A stretch of 64,000 nt of DNA from a bacterium (GTDB lineage: Bacteria > Actinomycetota > Acidimicrobiia > Acidimicrobiales > CATQHL01): positions 10,451 to 74,450 of the forward strand of contig JAPOVS010000021.1 of the NCBI GenBank assembly GCA_026708055.1. Reading direction: 5' to 3'. The notes below the pieces were generated by a model. It saw only the letters and a list, made by a program, of their open reading frames with translations, did not search any database and was not told the origin of the DNA. The translations under genes were made by a program, and so were the position numbers. Positions 55,128 to 64,000 of the stretch are shown one piece after another. Position 1 is the stretch's first letter; every line of letters begins with the position of its first letter.

Positions 55128-56381
55128 ATGACCGGTGCCCGTTCCCGCGAACGGTTCCTCCGCCGCTTCTACCGCTCGCTGGGCTCCATCCGCTTCCGCC
55201 TGGCGCTGGTCTACAGCCTGCTCCTCTTCGGCCTGGGCGCCGTCGCGGTGGGAGGCATCTACTGGGGACTGGCTCGGAACCTCGACGAGTCGCCGCTCTC
55301 GCAGTCGATCGGCCTGGACGAGTTCCGGGCCGGCGGCATCACCTCCGCCGAGGAGCCGGCCGTCAGGGAGTTGCTGGCGGCCACCGAGATCGACGCCAAC
55401 GAGCGGGCCATGCAGACGCTGCGGGACTACTCGCTCATCGCTCTGGCGATCCTGTTCGGCGCCAGCATGATCGTCGGTTGGTCCCTGGCCGGTCACGTGC
55501 TGAAGCCCGTGGGCCGCATCACCGCGGTGGCCCGGCGGATCAGCGCCACCGACCTCTCCCAGCGCATCGCCTTGGACGGTCCGCCCGACGAGCTGCGGCG
55601 ACTGGCCGACACCTTCGACGACATGCTGGACCGCCTGGACCGTTCTTTCGACGCCCAACGGGGGTTCGTGGAGGACGCCTCCCACGAGTTGCGCAACCCG
55701 CTGGCGGTGATCCGCAGCAACCTGGACACGACACTGGCCGATCCCGACGCCACCACCGAGGACTACCGGGTCGTGGCCGAGCAGGTGAGCCGGTCCACCG
55801 AGCGCATGTCGCGCGTCGTCGACGACTTGGTCACCTTCGCCCGGCACGAGACCCGGCCGCAGCACCTCACCCTGGTGGACGTCGGGGAGCTCTCGAGCCA
55901 GGCGACCGCCGAGTTCGAGGGCTACGCCGCCAACCACGACGTGATGCTGACGCACTACGCGCCCAGCGGCCTGCTGGCCCTCGGCGACGCCGGCAGCCTC
56001 CGGCAGGCGCTGGCGAACCTGCTCTCCAACGCCCTGAGCGTGGCGCCCGCGGGATCCGAGGTGCGCATCACCGCGGGGGGTGAGGGCGCCTGGATCTGGG
56101 TGGCGGTGGAGGATCAGGGCCCCGGTATTCCCGCGGACGAGCAGGAGCGCGTCTTCCAGCGGTTCCAGCGCGGCAGGCAGGCGTCGGCCGAGGGGCGGGG
56201 CCTGGGTCTGGCGATCGTGCGCCAGATCGCCGAGTCGCATCGCGGCGAGGCGCGCCTCACCTCGACCGAAGGCTTCGGATCCACCTTCACGATCCTGCTG
56301 CCGGCGACGGGGGCGAGCAGCCCGGGCGCCCGGATCAGACGCAGGGGCCGGGTCGCGGAGAACGTTCCGATCCCTCTCTGA
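55128..56381 (+). CDS. sensor histidine kinase (MprB-like)
   Basis: TM-HAMP, H-box FVEDASHELRNPLA, N/G boxes LLSNAL..EDQGPGI..GLGLAI. Confidence 0.9.
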   Translation: MTGARSRERFLRRFYRSLGSIRFRLALVYSLLLFGLGAVAVGGIYWGLARNLDESPLSQSIGLDEFRAGGITSAEEPAVRELLAATEIDANERAMQTLRDYSLIALAILFGASMIVGWSLAGHVLKPVGRITAVARRISATDLSQRIALDGPPDELRRLADTFDDMLDRLDRSFDAQRGFVEDASHELRNPLAVIRSNLDTTLADPDATTEDYRVVAEQVSRSTERMSRVVDDLVTFARHETRPQHLTLVDVGELSSQATAEFEGYAANHDVMLTHYAPSGLLALGDAGSLRQALANLLSNALSVAPAGSEVRITAGGEGAWIWVAVEDQGPGIPADEQERVFQRFQRGRQASAEGRGLGLAIVRQIAESHRGEARLTSTEGFGSTFTILLPATGASSPGARIRRRGRVAENVPIPL

Positions 56382-56474
56382 ATCGACCGGGGGCGGATCC
56401 GAGGCTCCGGCGCGCCGCCCCAATAGCGTGGACGGTGTCCAGCGCACGACCGTGACCCCGGAGACGGAGTTCAC

Positions 56475-58070
56475 ATGGCACCTGACCAGCCCGACTCGCC
56501 GAGCGATCCCGGCGAGGGCCCGTTCGAGGACCGGCCGGCCGCCGCCGGAGGTTTCTCGGGGCCCGGCCCGTCGCGCGGCGGGGCCCCCGGCGGCGCGCCG
56601 GGCGACTCGTGGCCCCGGGACTACGACCTGGCCTGGACGCTTTGGTCGAGCGAGGAGGGGCTGCCGCGGGACCCCGGTCCGCCCGGCGGCCGCCGCCGGC
56701 GGCGCTTCAGCGCCGAGGCCTTCGCGGTGCTCGTCAGCCTGTCGGCGCTCGCACTCGGAGCGGTGGCGGTCGTGCAGTCCTCGGGCGAGCCCGACGAGGC
56801 GGTCCGCTACATCCCCGTCCGGCCACCGGAGATCATCGGTCCGGCGCCGCAGTCGGGTGCCGCGGCCGCCCCGGCGCCGCCCCCCGCCGACGAGCCGCTC
56901 CCACCGCAGGCGACGGAGGTTGCACCGCAGCCGACCGCCGCGCCGCCGGACGCCGCCGGGGCCGTCGCGCCGGCGCCCTCGCCGGCGCCGCAGGAGACGG
57001 TGCCCGCGCCCGCGCCGCCAGCCGGTCCGGCACAGGAGCCGGTGGTCTACGCCGCCGGCCGGGTGGAGCCGGCGGTCGTGCTGATCCAGACGTCCCAGGG
57101 CCAGGGATCGGGGATCATCTACGACGATGCCGGGCTGATCCTGACCGCCGCGCACGTCGTCGAGAACGCCGAACCTCTCGCCGACCTGTTCGCCGGGGAA
57201 GGAGCGGGCGGGCCCGGGCGCCCCGAGGGCCTCGAGATCGACCCCCCCGACGGGCTCGACGTTCCGGAAGCCCTGATAGGGGAGGTGCCCGACGTCATCG
57301 TGCACCTGGCCAGCGGTCTGCGCACCGGCGGCAAGGTCGTGGGGGCGAACCGGGAGCTCGACGTGGCCGTCGTGCAGATCGACCCGGCGCTCGACGTGGA
57401 CGTGGCGGAGATCGGTCCGCTGTCGACGGTGCAGGTGGGCCAGACCGCCGTGGCGGTGGGCAGCCCGTTCGGCATGGAGAACGTCGTGACCGTCGGCGTG
57501 GTGAGCGCCCTCAACCAGGTGCTGGGGGGCCAGAACATGCCGCCGCTGGGCATGATCCAGACCGACGCTCCGATCAATAAGGGCAACAGCGGCGGCGCCC
57601 TGGCCGATCTGGAGGGACGTGTGATCGGCATGAACGTGGCGATCCAGGCCACCTTCGGCGGGGGGAACATCGGCGTGGGCTTCGCCACTCCCATCGAGGT
57701 GGCCATCTGGATCGCCGAGGAGCTGCGTGCCGGGCGCGACGTGCGTTTCGGCTTCCTGGGCATAACCGGCTACACCCCGCCGCTGGGGGAACCGGGAGCG
57801 ATCGTGGCCTCGGTAACCCCCGGCGGGCCCGCCGAGGCGGCCGGGATGCAGGTGAACGACCGCATCGTCGCCTTCGACGGTCAGCCCGTGGGTTCGATGG
57901 GCGAGTTGACCGTCGCCGTCCGGCTGCGGGCGCCGGGGACCGAGGTGCCCGTCGAGGTGGTCCGCGGCGACCAGCTCATCCGCCTGTTCGTCCCCCTCGG
58001 CGACCGGGGCGCCTCACTGGACATCGAGCCGGTCCCCGACGAGTCGCTCGAGCCCGAGATCGAGCCCTAG
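56475..58070 (+). CDS. HtrA/PepD-like S1C serine protease with PDZ domain
   Basis: LTAAHVV, DVAVVQI, GNSGGAL catalytic triad contexts. C-terminal PDZ. Long Pro/Ala-rich N-terminal region. Confidence 0.9.
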   Translation: MAPDQPDSPSDPGEGPFEDRPAAAGGFSGPGPSRGGAPGGAPGDSWPRDYDLAWTLWSSEEGLPRDPGPPGGRRRRRFSAEAFAVLVSLSALALGAVAVVQSSGEPDEAVRYIPVRPPEIIGPAPQSGAAAAPAPPPADEPLPPQATEVAPQPTAAPPDAAGAVAPAPSPAPQETVPAPAPPAGPAQEPVVYAAGRVEPAVVLIQTSQGQGSGIIYDDAGLILTAAHVVENAEPLADLFAGEGAGGPGRPEGLEIDPPDGLDVPEALIGEVPDVIVHLASGLRTGGKVVGANRELDVAVVQIDPALDVDVAEIGPLSTVQVGQTAVAVGSPFGMENVVTVGVVSALNQVLGGQNMPPLGMIQTDAPINKGNSGGALADLEGRVIGMNVAIQATFGGGNIGVGFATPIEVAIWIAEELRAGRDVRFGFLGITGYTPPLGEPGAIVASVTPGGPAEAAGMQVNDRIVAFDGQPVGSMGELTVAVRLRAPGTEVPVEVVRGDQLIRLFVPLGDRGASLDIEPVPDESLEPEIEP

Positions 58071-58085
58071 GCGGGGCGGGACCCG

Positions 58086-59063
58086 GTGACGGCGGCGCGC
58101 CACCTGCCCGAAGGCGTATTCGAGGACCCGGAACCGGCCCCGCGCTGGCGTGCGCGGCTGGCGAAGGCCCGGTCGGCGATGGGCGGGCGGCTCGGCGCCG
58201 CGCTGGCGCGTCCCGACCTCGACGCCGGCACCTGGGAGGCGCTGGAGGAGGCCCTGCTGGGCGCGGACGTGAGTTGGGAGGTGACCGAGCGGCTGCTGGG
58301 GCAGTTGCGCGCCGAGGCCTCCCAGCGGCGCATCGATGATCCCGGGGAGTTGCGCTCCCTGCTCGCAGCGGCCGTGACCGAGACGATGGACGCCCCCGAC
58401 ACGGGGCTGGATCGGTCGGGTTCGCCCGCGGTCTGGCTGTTCGTGGGGGTCAACGGCTCGGGCAAGACGACGACCATCGGGAAGCTGGCGCACGCCGAGG
58501 TGGCGGCGGGCCGGCGGGTGGTCCTCGCCGCCGCCGACACCTTCCGCGCCGCCGCCACCGAGCAGCTCGCCGCCTGGGCGGAGCGGGCGGGCGCGCAGCT
58601 CGTGCGCGGCAACCCGGGTGGCGACCCCGCGGCGGTGGCATTCGACGCCGCCTCCCACGCCGCGGCCACCGGCGCCGACCTGGTGATGATCGACACCGCC
58701 GGACGCCTGCACACCAACCACAACCTCATGGGCGAGCTGGCGAAGATCCGCCGCGTGGCCGAGCGGGCGCCGGGCGAGTTGCGCGAGGTGCTCGTCACCC
58801 TCGACGCCACGGTCGGCCAGAACGGTCTCACCCAGGCCCGGATGTTCGGCGAGGCCGCCGGCGTGACGGGCGCGGTGCTGACCAAGCTGGACGGCTCGGC
58901 CCGGGGCGGCTCGCTGCTGTCGGTGCGGGCGGAGTTGAATGTGACGGTCAAGCTGGTGGGCCTCGGCGAGGGGCTGGGTGATCTGGTGCCGTTCGACGCT
59001 GCGGCCTTCGCGGCCGCGCTCGTGGGCGACGACGAGGAGCACGCCGATGTTCGAGGCACTTAG
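58086..59063 (+). CDS. ftsY: signal recognition particle receptor FtsY
   Basis: GVNGSGKTTTIGKLA, DTAGRLH, TKLDGSARGG. Confidence 0.95.
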   Translation: MTAARHLPEGVFEDPEPAPRWRARLAKARSAMGGRLGAALARPDLDAGTWEALEEALLGADVSWEVTERLLGQLRAEASQRRIDDPGELRSLLAAAVTETMDAPDTGLDRSGSPAVWLFVGVNGSGKTTTIGKLAHAEVAAGRRVVLAAADTFRAAATEQLAAWAERAGAQLVRGNPGGDPAAVAFDAASHAAATGADLVMIDTAGRLHTNHNLMGELAKIRRVAERAPGELREVLVTLDATVGQNGLTQARMFGEAAGVTGAVLTKLDGSARGGSLLSVRAELNVTVKLVGLGEGLGDLVPFDAAAFAAALVGDDEEHADVRGT

Positions 59064-60537
59064 CGGCAACCTCAACGCCGTCTTCGACCGGCTGCGGCGC
59101 AAGGGCAGGCTGCGTCCGGAGGACATCACCGAGGCGCTGGGCGAGATCCGCCGGGCACTGCTGGCGGCCGACGTGGCCACCGGGGTGGTGACGGAGTTCC
59201 AGGACCGGGTGCGCAGCCAGGCGCTCGCCGCCGATCTGAACCGTGCTCTCAACCCGACCCAGCAGGTGGTGCGGATCGTGCACGCCGAACTGGTGCGCTC
59301 CCTCGGCGGCGAGGCGATGTCGATCAGCTTCGCCCCCCGTCCGCCCACGGTCGTGCTCCTGGCCGGCCTGCAAGGCTCGGGCAAGACGACGGCGGCCGCC
59401 AAGCTGGCCCGCTGGTTCCGCAGCCAGGGGCGCAGCCCGCTGCTCGTGGGCGCCGACCTCTCGCGCCCCGCCGCGGTCGAGCAGTTGCGCATCCTGGCCG
59501 CCGAGATCGCCGTGCCGGTCTTCAGCGAGGCGACCGACCCTGTCGCGGTGTCGGCGGCCGGGCTCGCCGAGGCCCGCCGGCTGGGTCGGGACGTGGTGAT
59601 CTGCGACACGGCCGGGCGCCAGGTGGTCGACGAGGCCCTGATGGCCGAGGTGCGGGCCATCGGCCAGGAAATCCAGCCCCACTACACGTTCCTGGTGCTC
59701 GACGCCATGACCGGCCAGGAGGCCGTGCGCGTCGGCCGAAGCTTCCACACCGCCGTCGGGCTCGACGCCGTGATCCTGACCAAACTCGACGGCGACGCCC
59801 GCGGCGGGGCCGCGCTGTCGGTGCGCGCGGCGGTGGGCGCCCCGGTGGCGTTCGCCTCGGTCGGCGAGCGCCTCGGCGACTTCGAGCGCTTCCATCCCGA
59901 CCGCCTGGCGGGACGGATCCTGGGCATGGGCGACCTGCTGTCGCTGGCGGAGAAGGCGGAGGCCGCCTACGAGGGGCGCCAGGCCGCCGAGGCCGCCGGC
60001 GCCGCCGAACGCGTCCTGGCGGGCGACTTCACGCTGGACGACTTCTTGGAGCAGATGCGCCGGATGCGCAAGCTGGGCGGGCTCGGTGACGTGCTGGCCC
60101 ACCTGCCCGCCGAGCAGGCGGCGCAGGCGACCGAAGCCGGCGTGGACGACCGGCGCCTGGGGAGGATGGAGGCGATCATCTGCTCGATGACCCCCGGCGA
60201 ACGCGCCCAGCCCGCCATCATCGACGGGTCCCGCCGGCGCAGGATCGCCGCCGGCAGCGGCACCACGACCGCAGAGGTGGGCGAGCTGCTGCGCAACTTC
60301 AGCGCGGCGCGGAAGATGATGCGCGGCGCCCGCCCGGGCGGGGGCCGCCGCTCCAAGGGATCCAAGGGTCGCAAGTCCAGGGGCTCGGGGCGGGTCACGC
60401 CCGCGGGCGGAGCCCGGAACCGGTCCGCCGCCGACCTGCTCGAGCAGCTGGAGGGGCTGGAGAGGCCCGACGGCGGCACCGCCGGGTCGGCGCCGGGCTC
60501 GCAGCCTCCGGGCCCGCTGGCCTGGCCGGGACGCTGA
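59047..60537 (+). CDS. ffh: signal recognition particle protein Ffh
   Basis: MFEALSGNL.., GLQGSGKTT, DTAGR, TKLDGDARGGAALS, Met-rich M domain. ATG 59047 overlaps the ftsY end. Confidence 0.95.
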   Translation: MFEALSGNLNAVFDRLRRKGRLRPEDITEALGEIRRALLAADVATGVVTEFQDRVRSQALAADLNRALNPTQQVVRIVHAELVRSLGGEAMSISFAPRPPTVVLLAGLQGSGKTTAAAKLARWFRSQGRSPLLVGADLSRPAAVEQLRILAAEIAVPVFSEATDPVAVSAAGLAEARRLGRDVVICDTAGRQVVDEALMAEVRAIGQEIQPHYTFLVLDAMTGQEAVRVGRSFHTAVGLDAVILTKLDGDARGGAALSVRAAVGAPVAFASVGERLGDFERFHPDRLAGRILGMGDLLSLAEKAEAAYEGRQAAEAAGAAERVLAGDFTLDDFLEQMRRMRKLGGLGDVLAHLPAEQAAQATEAGVDDRRLGRMEAIICSMTPGERAQPAIIDGSRRRRIAAGSGTTTAEVGELLRNFSAARKMMRGARPGGGRRSKGSKGRKSRGSGRVTPAGGARNRSAADLLEQLEGLERPDGGTAGSAPGSQPPGPLAWPGR

Positions 60538-60665
60538 GGGTCAGGGCCCCGGCGACGCGGTCGCCGATCCCCGGAGATGGAATGGCGACGATTTCACGGC
60601 ACACTTATGCGTCGAAGCCGGCGCCACGGGGCCCGGCCGGGAATCTCCTGTGGAGGCGACGAATC

Positions 60666-60974
60666 GTGGCAGTGCGGCTTCGCTTGATGCGCAGAGGCAA
60701 GAAGCGCCAGCCCACCTACCGGGTGGTGGCGGCGGACAAGCGGTCGGCTCGCAACGGGCGCTTCATCGAATCGATCGGCTACTACGACCCGCGCCAGGAG
60801 CCGTCGCTGGTGAACATCGACAACGAGAAGGCCCTGAAGTGGCTCCGCAACGGCGCCCAGCCGAGTGAGCGTGTCGAGAAGCTTCTGAAGATCTCCGGCG
60901 CCTGGGACGAGTTCAAGGGCACCGGCTCGCGGCTCGAGGAGCTGGACTCCGCAACCACGGGATCATCCTCGTGA
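60666..60974 (+). CDS. rpsP: 30S ribosomal protein S16
   Basis: VAVRLRLMRRGKKRQPTYRVVAADKRSARNGRFIE. GTG lies after GGAGG. Confidence 0.95.
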   Translation: MAVRLRLMRRGKKRQPTYRVVAADKRSARNGRFIESIGYYDPRQEPSLVNIDNEKALKWLRNGAQPSERVEKLLKISGAWDEFKGTGSRLEELDSATTGSSS

Positions 60975-61228
60975 GCGACGCCGGCGCGCCCCGCGCCCAA
61001 GCGGTTCTCGAACACATCGTCCGGTCGGTGGTCGAGGCGCCCGAGGCGGCCCGGGTGGTGGCCAGCGCCGACGGCGAGGATGTTCGGCTCGACGTGCACG
61101 TGGACCGGGCCGACATCGGCAGGGTCATCGGCCGGCGGGGCCGGGTGGCGAGCGCCATCCGCACCGTCGTGCGGGCGGCCGCGGTCAACGACGGCCGCAG
61201 CGTCACCGTCGACTTCGTCGAGCCCTGA
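60971..61228 (+). CDS. KH-domain RNA-binding protein (YlqC family)
   Basis: IGRVIGRRGRVASAIRTVV, conserved position between rpsP and rimM. Confidence 0.85.
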   Translation: MSDAGAPRAQAVLEHIVRSVVEAPEAARVVASADGEDVRLDVHVDRADIGRVIGRRGRVASAIRTVVRAAAVNDGRSVTVDFVEP

Positions 61229-61234
61229 TCGGCC

Positions 61235-61738
61235 GTGGCGCCCCCGGTGCGCCCGCCGACGGATCTCCTGGAGGTCGGGCGGGTCGACCGGCCCCACGGC
61301 ATCAAGGGTGAGGTTGTCGTCTCCCTGGTCACGAACCGCACTGAGCGGCTCGAGCCCGGTGCCGAGTTGCAGACCGCCGAGGTCACCCTGGTCGTGCGGC
61401 GGGCGCGCCTACGCCAGGACCGCTGGCTGGTGGCCTTCGAGGGCTACGAGGACCGCGACGCCGCCGAGGGGCTGCGCGGCGCCACACTGCTCGCCGCGCC
61501 GCTGGAGGATCCCGACGAGCTCTGGGTGCACCGGCTCATCGGCGCCGAGGTGATCTCCGCCGACGGCCTGGCGCGGGGCACCGTCAGCGCCGTGCAGGCC
61601 AACCCGGCCAGCGACCTGCTGGTCACCGAAGGCGGCGCGCTGGTGCCGCTGACGTTCGTGGTGAGGGTCGAGGAGGGCGACGGGAGACCGGCCCGCATCG
61701 TCGTCGACGCGCCGGCGGGGCTCTTCGAGTTGCCCTGA
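61235..61738 (+). CDS. rimM: ribosome maturation factor RimM
   Basis: LEVGRVDRPHGIKGEV.. PRC-barrel C-terminus and synteny. Confidence 0.9.
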   Translation: MAPPVRPPTDLLEVGRVDRPHGIKGEVVVSLVTNRTERLEPGAELQTAEVTLVVRRARLRQDRWLVAFEGYEDRDAAEGLRGATLLAAPLEDPDELWVHRLIGAEVISADGLARGTVSAVQANPASDLLVTEGGALVPLTFVVRVEEGDGRPARIVVDAPAGLFELP

Positions 61739-61755
61739 CGCACCGGGGAGGCGCC

Positions 61756-62487
61756 ATGAGGATCGACGTGATCTCCATCTTTCCCGACATGATCGAGCAG
61801 TTCGCCTCCCACAGCCTGCTGGGCAAGGCCCGCAGGGACGGGCTCTTCGAGTTGCGGGTGCTGGATCTCCGCTCGGTGGCCACCGACCCGCACCGCTCCG
61901 TGGACGACGCGCCCTTCGGCGGCGGCCCCGGCATGGTGCTGGCGCCAGAGCCCGTCTTCGAGACCGTCGAGCGGGCCGAGGTGGCGCGCCCGCTGATCCT
62001 GCTGTCGGCGGCGGGGCGCCGGCTGGACCAGCGCACCGTCGAGACCCTCGCCGCCGGCGACGGTTTCTCGCTGCTGTCCGGCCGCTACGAGGGCGTCGAC
62101 GAGCGGGTGCGCCTGGCGCTCGTCGATGACGAGATATCGGTGGGGGACTACGTGCTCGCCGGCGGTGAGGTGGCCGCCATGGTGGTGCTGGAGGCGGTCG
62201 TGCGGCTGCTGCCGGGCGTGATGGGCAACACCGACTCCGGCGGGGACGACTCCTTCAGCAGCGGGCTCCTGGGCCACCCGCAGTACACCCGGCCGGCGGA
62301 GTACCGCGGCATGGCGGTACCGGAGGTGCTGCGCTCGGGGGACCACGGGCGCGTCGAGCGCTGGCGCCGGGCGCAGGCCCTGGCGCGCACGCAGCGGCAG
62401 CGTCCCGACCTGATCGCCGCCCGCGGCGGTCTCAGCGAGGCCGACGTGGAGCTCCTCGAGGAGTTCGATCTGCTTCCCGACGGCTGA
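61756..62487 (+). CDS. trmD: tRNA (guanine37-N1)-methyltransferase TrmD
   Basis: MRIDVISIFPDM..GGGPGMV..GRYEGVDERV..SVGDYVLAGGE. Confidence 0.95.
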   Translation: MRIDVISIFPDMIEQFASHSLLGKARRDGLFELRVLDLRSVATDPHRSVDDAPFGGGPGMVLAPEPVFETVERAEVARPLILLSAAGRRLDQRTVETLAAGDGFSLLSGRYEGVDERVRLALVDDEISVGDYVLAGGEVAAMVVLEAVVRLLPGVMGNTDSGGDDSFSSGLLGHPQYTRPAEYRGMAVPEVLRSGDHGRVERWRRAQALARTQRQRPDLIAARGGLSEADVELLEEFDLLPDG

Positions 62488-62586
62488 GCGGACCCGCTGA
62501 CCGGTGGCACCGGGGAACTTCGGCCCTATCCTGCACTATCCCGTTTCCCCCGTCCCGCCTGACGTGTCCGTGATAGGAGACCGGCC

Positions 62587-62934
62587 ATGCAGCCCACCGA
62601 CCTGGTCGATGTGCAGAGCCTGCGAACCGACGTACCGGACTTCCGGCCGGGGGACACCGTCAAGGTGCACGTCCGGGTCACCGAGGGAAGTCGCGAGCGC
62701 ATCCAGATCTTCCAGGGCGTGGTGATCGCCCGGCGGGGGTCGGGTGTGCGCGAGTCCTTCACCGTGCGCAAGGTGAGCTTCGGCGTGGGCGTCGAGCGCA
62801 CCTTCCCCACCCACACGCCCAGCATCAGGGAGCTGGAGGTGGTCAGCCGCGGCCGGGTGCGCCGGGCCAAGCTGTACTACCTGCGCGACCGGATCGGCAA
62901 AGCGGCGAAAGTACCCGAGCGGCGCGTGGTCTGA
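62587..62934 (+). CDS. rplS: 50S ribosomal protein L19
   Basis: [33 protein letters not shown]. Confidence 0.95.
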   Translation: MQPTDLVDVQSLRTDVPDFRPGDTVKVHVRVTEGSRERIQIFQGVVIARRGSGVRESFTVRKVSFGVGVERTFPTHTPSIRELEVVSRGRVRRAKLYYLRDRIGKAAKVPERRVV

Positions 62935-62951
62935 GCCGCCCCGCCCGGCCG

Positions 62952-63296
62952 ATGACCGCCGGTCGGCAACGGCTCGGTCGCTGGGGGGAGGACAAGGCCG
63001 CCGCCTGGTACCTCGAGCGCGGCTGGGAGGTGCTGGACCGCAACTGGCGCGGCACCGGCGGTGAGTTGGATCTGGTGCTCGGCCGTGGCGGCACCGTGGT
63101 GTTCTGCGAGGTCAAGACGCGCTCCAGCAGGGCGTACGGGCACCCGGCGGAGGCCGTGGATCGCCGCAAGCAGCAGCGCATCCGCGCCCTGGCCGTCCAG
63201 TGGTTGCGCCAGCACCACGAGCCGGCGGCGAACCTGCGCTTCGACGTGGCCTGCGTGCTGAAGGGCCGACTGGAGGTGCTGGAGGGGGCGTTCTGA
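62952..63296 (+). CDS. YraN family (UPF0102) endonuclease-like protein
   Basis: GEDKAAAWYLERGWEVLDRNWR..GELDLV..VFCEVKTR. Confidence 0.85.
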   Translation: MTAGRQRLGRWGEDKAAAWYLERGWEVLDRNWRGTGGELDLVLGRGGTVVFCEVKTRSSRAYGHPAEAVDRRKQQRIRALAVQWLRQHHEPAANLRFDVACVLKGRLEVLEGAF

Positions 63297-63328
63297 GGTC
63301 GCCCGCAGGTACAGTGATGCCTCCGGAA

Positions 63329-63403
63329 CGGGCTGTGGCGCAGCTTGGTTAGCGCGTTGGTCTGGGGGACCAAAGGTCCCGGGTTCAAATCCCGGCAGCC
63401 CGA
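63329..63403 (+). tRNA. tRNA-Pro (anticodon GGG)
   Basis: Cloverleaf drawn by hand. Acceptor CGGGCTG/CAGCCCG, D arm GCGC-AGCTTGGTTA-GCGC, anticodon arm TTGGT-CTGGGGG-ACCAA, T arm CCGGG-TTCAAAT-CCCGG, discriminator A. CCA is not encoded. Confidence 0.9.
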
Positions 63404-63453
63404 CTAGGATCCTCCGGAATCGGAAGGGTTCCAACTAGCCACGGAGGTCGGAC

Positions 63454-64000
63454 ATGCCTACGCCGCAACCCGCAATTTTCGCCGAAATGGGACAGCACCA
63501 GTGGTACGTCCACCTGAGCCGAGTGGACGGCGCCGATCTGGGTCACATCAAGAGCGTGATCGCCGACACCCGCGCCGCAGCCGACGCCGCCGGCGTCAAC
63601 CTCGTGGTGGGCCTCGGGCCGAGCCTGCTGGCCGAGTTGACCGATGACGTCCCCGACGACTTCCAGGACTTCGTCACCATCGAGTCCACCGACGGCAGCG
63701 GGCGCGAGGCCAAGGGCACCCAGGAGGAGTTGCTGTTCTGGCTGAACAGCCCCGACAAGGACAAGGTCTGGCAGACGCAGTACGACGCCCGCACCGCCCT
63801 GACCGGCCACATGGTCGTGCCGCGCGACACGAACACCTTCATCCTGGGCGACTCGCTGGACATGACCGGGTTCATCGACGGCACCGGCAACCCCGAGCCC
63901 GAGCGTGAGCCCGAGGTGGCCCTCGTGCCCGACGGGTCGCCGGGCGCCGGCGGCAGCTTCATCCTCGCCCAGCGCTGGGTCCACGACCTCGAGGCCTGGA
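63454..64000 (+). CDS. Dyp-type peroxidase family protein (partial; runs off the right edge)
   Basis: Hand-translated open frame, not in the track because it has no stop. ATG lies after GGAGG. ..DMTGFIDGTGNPEPE.. fits the GxxDG DyP motif. Confidence 0.7.
   Translation, partial: MPTPQPAIFAEMGQHQWYVHLSRVDGADLGHIKSVIADTRAAADAAGVNLVVGLGPSLLAELTDDVPDDFQDFVTIESTDGSGREAKGTQEELLFWLNSPDKDKVWQTQYDARTALTGHMVVPRDTNTFILGDSLDMTGFIDGTGNPEPEREPEVALVPDGSPGAGGSFILAQRWVHDLEAW

Overview
High-GC, actinobacterial-type chromosome segment. All calls come from reading the sequence and the ORF track by eye; no searches were run. From about 20.5 kb rightwards it is ordinary core genome. It carries a NitT/TauT-type ABC transporter, pyruvate carboxylase, a UvrD-like helicase, LhgO and GTP-PEPCK. 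It also carries the classic block recG-rsmD-coaD-yceD-rpmF-plsX-acp-rnc-fpg(like)-smc, an MprAB/PepD-like two-component plus HtrA module, and ftsY-ffh-rpsP-KH-rimM-trmD-rplS-yraN. It ends with tRNA-Pro(GGG) and a partial DyP peroxidase. The left ~20 kb is accessory and heavily scarred. Positions ~1.4-9.2 kb form an island built on one nearly intact copy plus three degraded 5' fragments of the same alpha/beta-hydrolase gene. Most of its cargo is decayed: an amber-stopped DUF3800 gene, a frameshifted toxin-like gene next to an RHH gene, and an internally deleted NYN gene. One unit looks intact and self-contained. It is a DndB-like DGQHR protein followed 25 bp later by a stand-alone reverse transcriptase with a helical C-terminal extension. 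It has its own promoter, phased GACGTA operator-like repeats and an intrinsic terminator. This DGQHR-RT(-DUF3800) module is my top candidate for an undescribed RT-based defence system. Further right lie AAA/DUF4143 ATPases, DUF488 and a duplicated secreted-protein/vapBC unit flanking ~4.6 kb. That region also holds a MITE-like element, REP-like palindromes (the kind that translate as IPAFAGMT) and a gene whose 3' end is abruptly low-GC. A TerB-N family gene runs off the left edge. Many long ORFs in the track are antisense artefacts of the high GC content.
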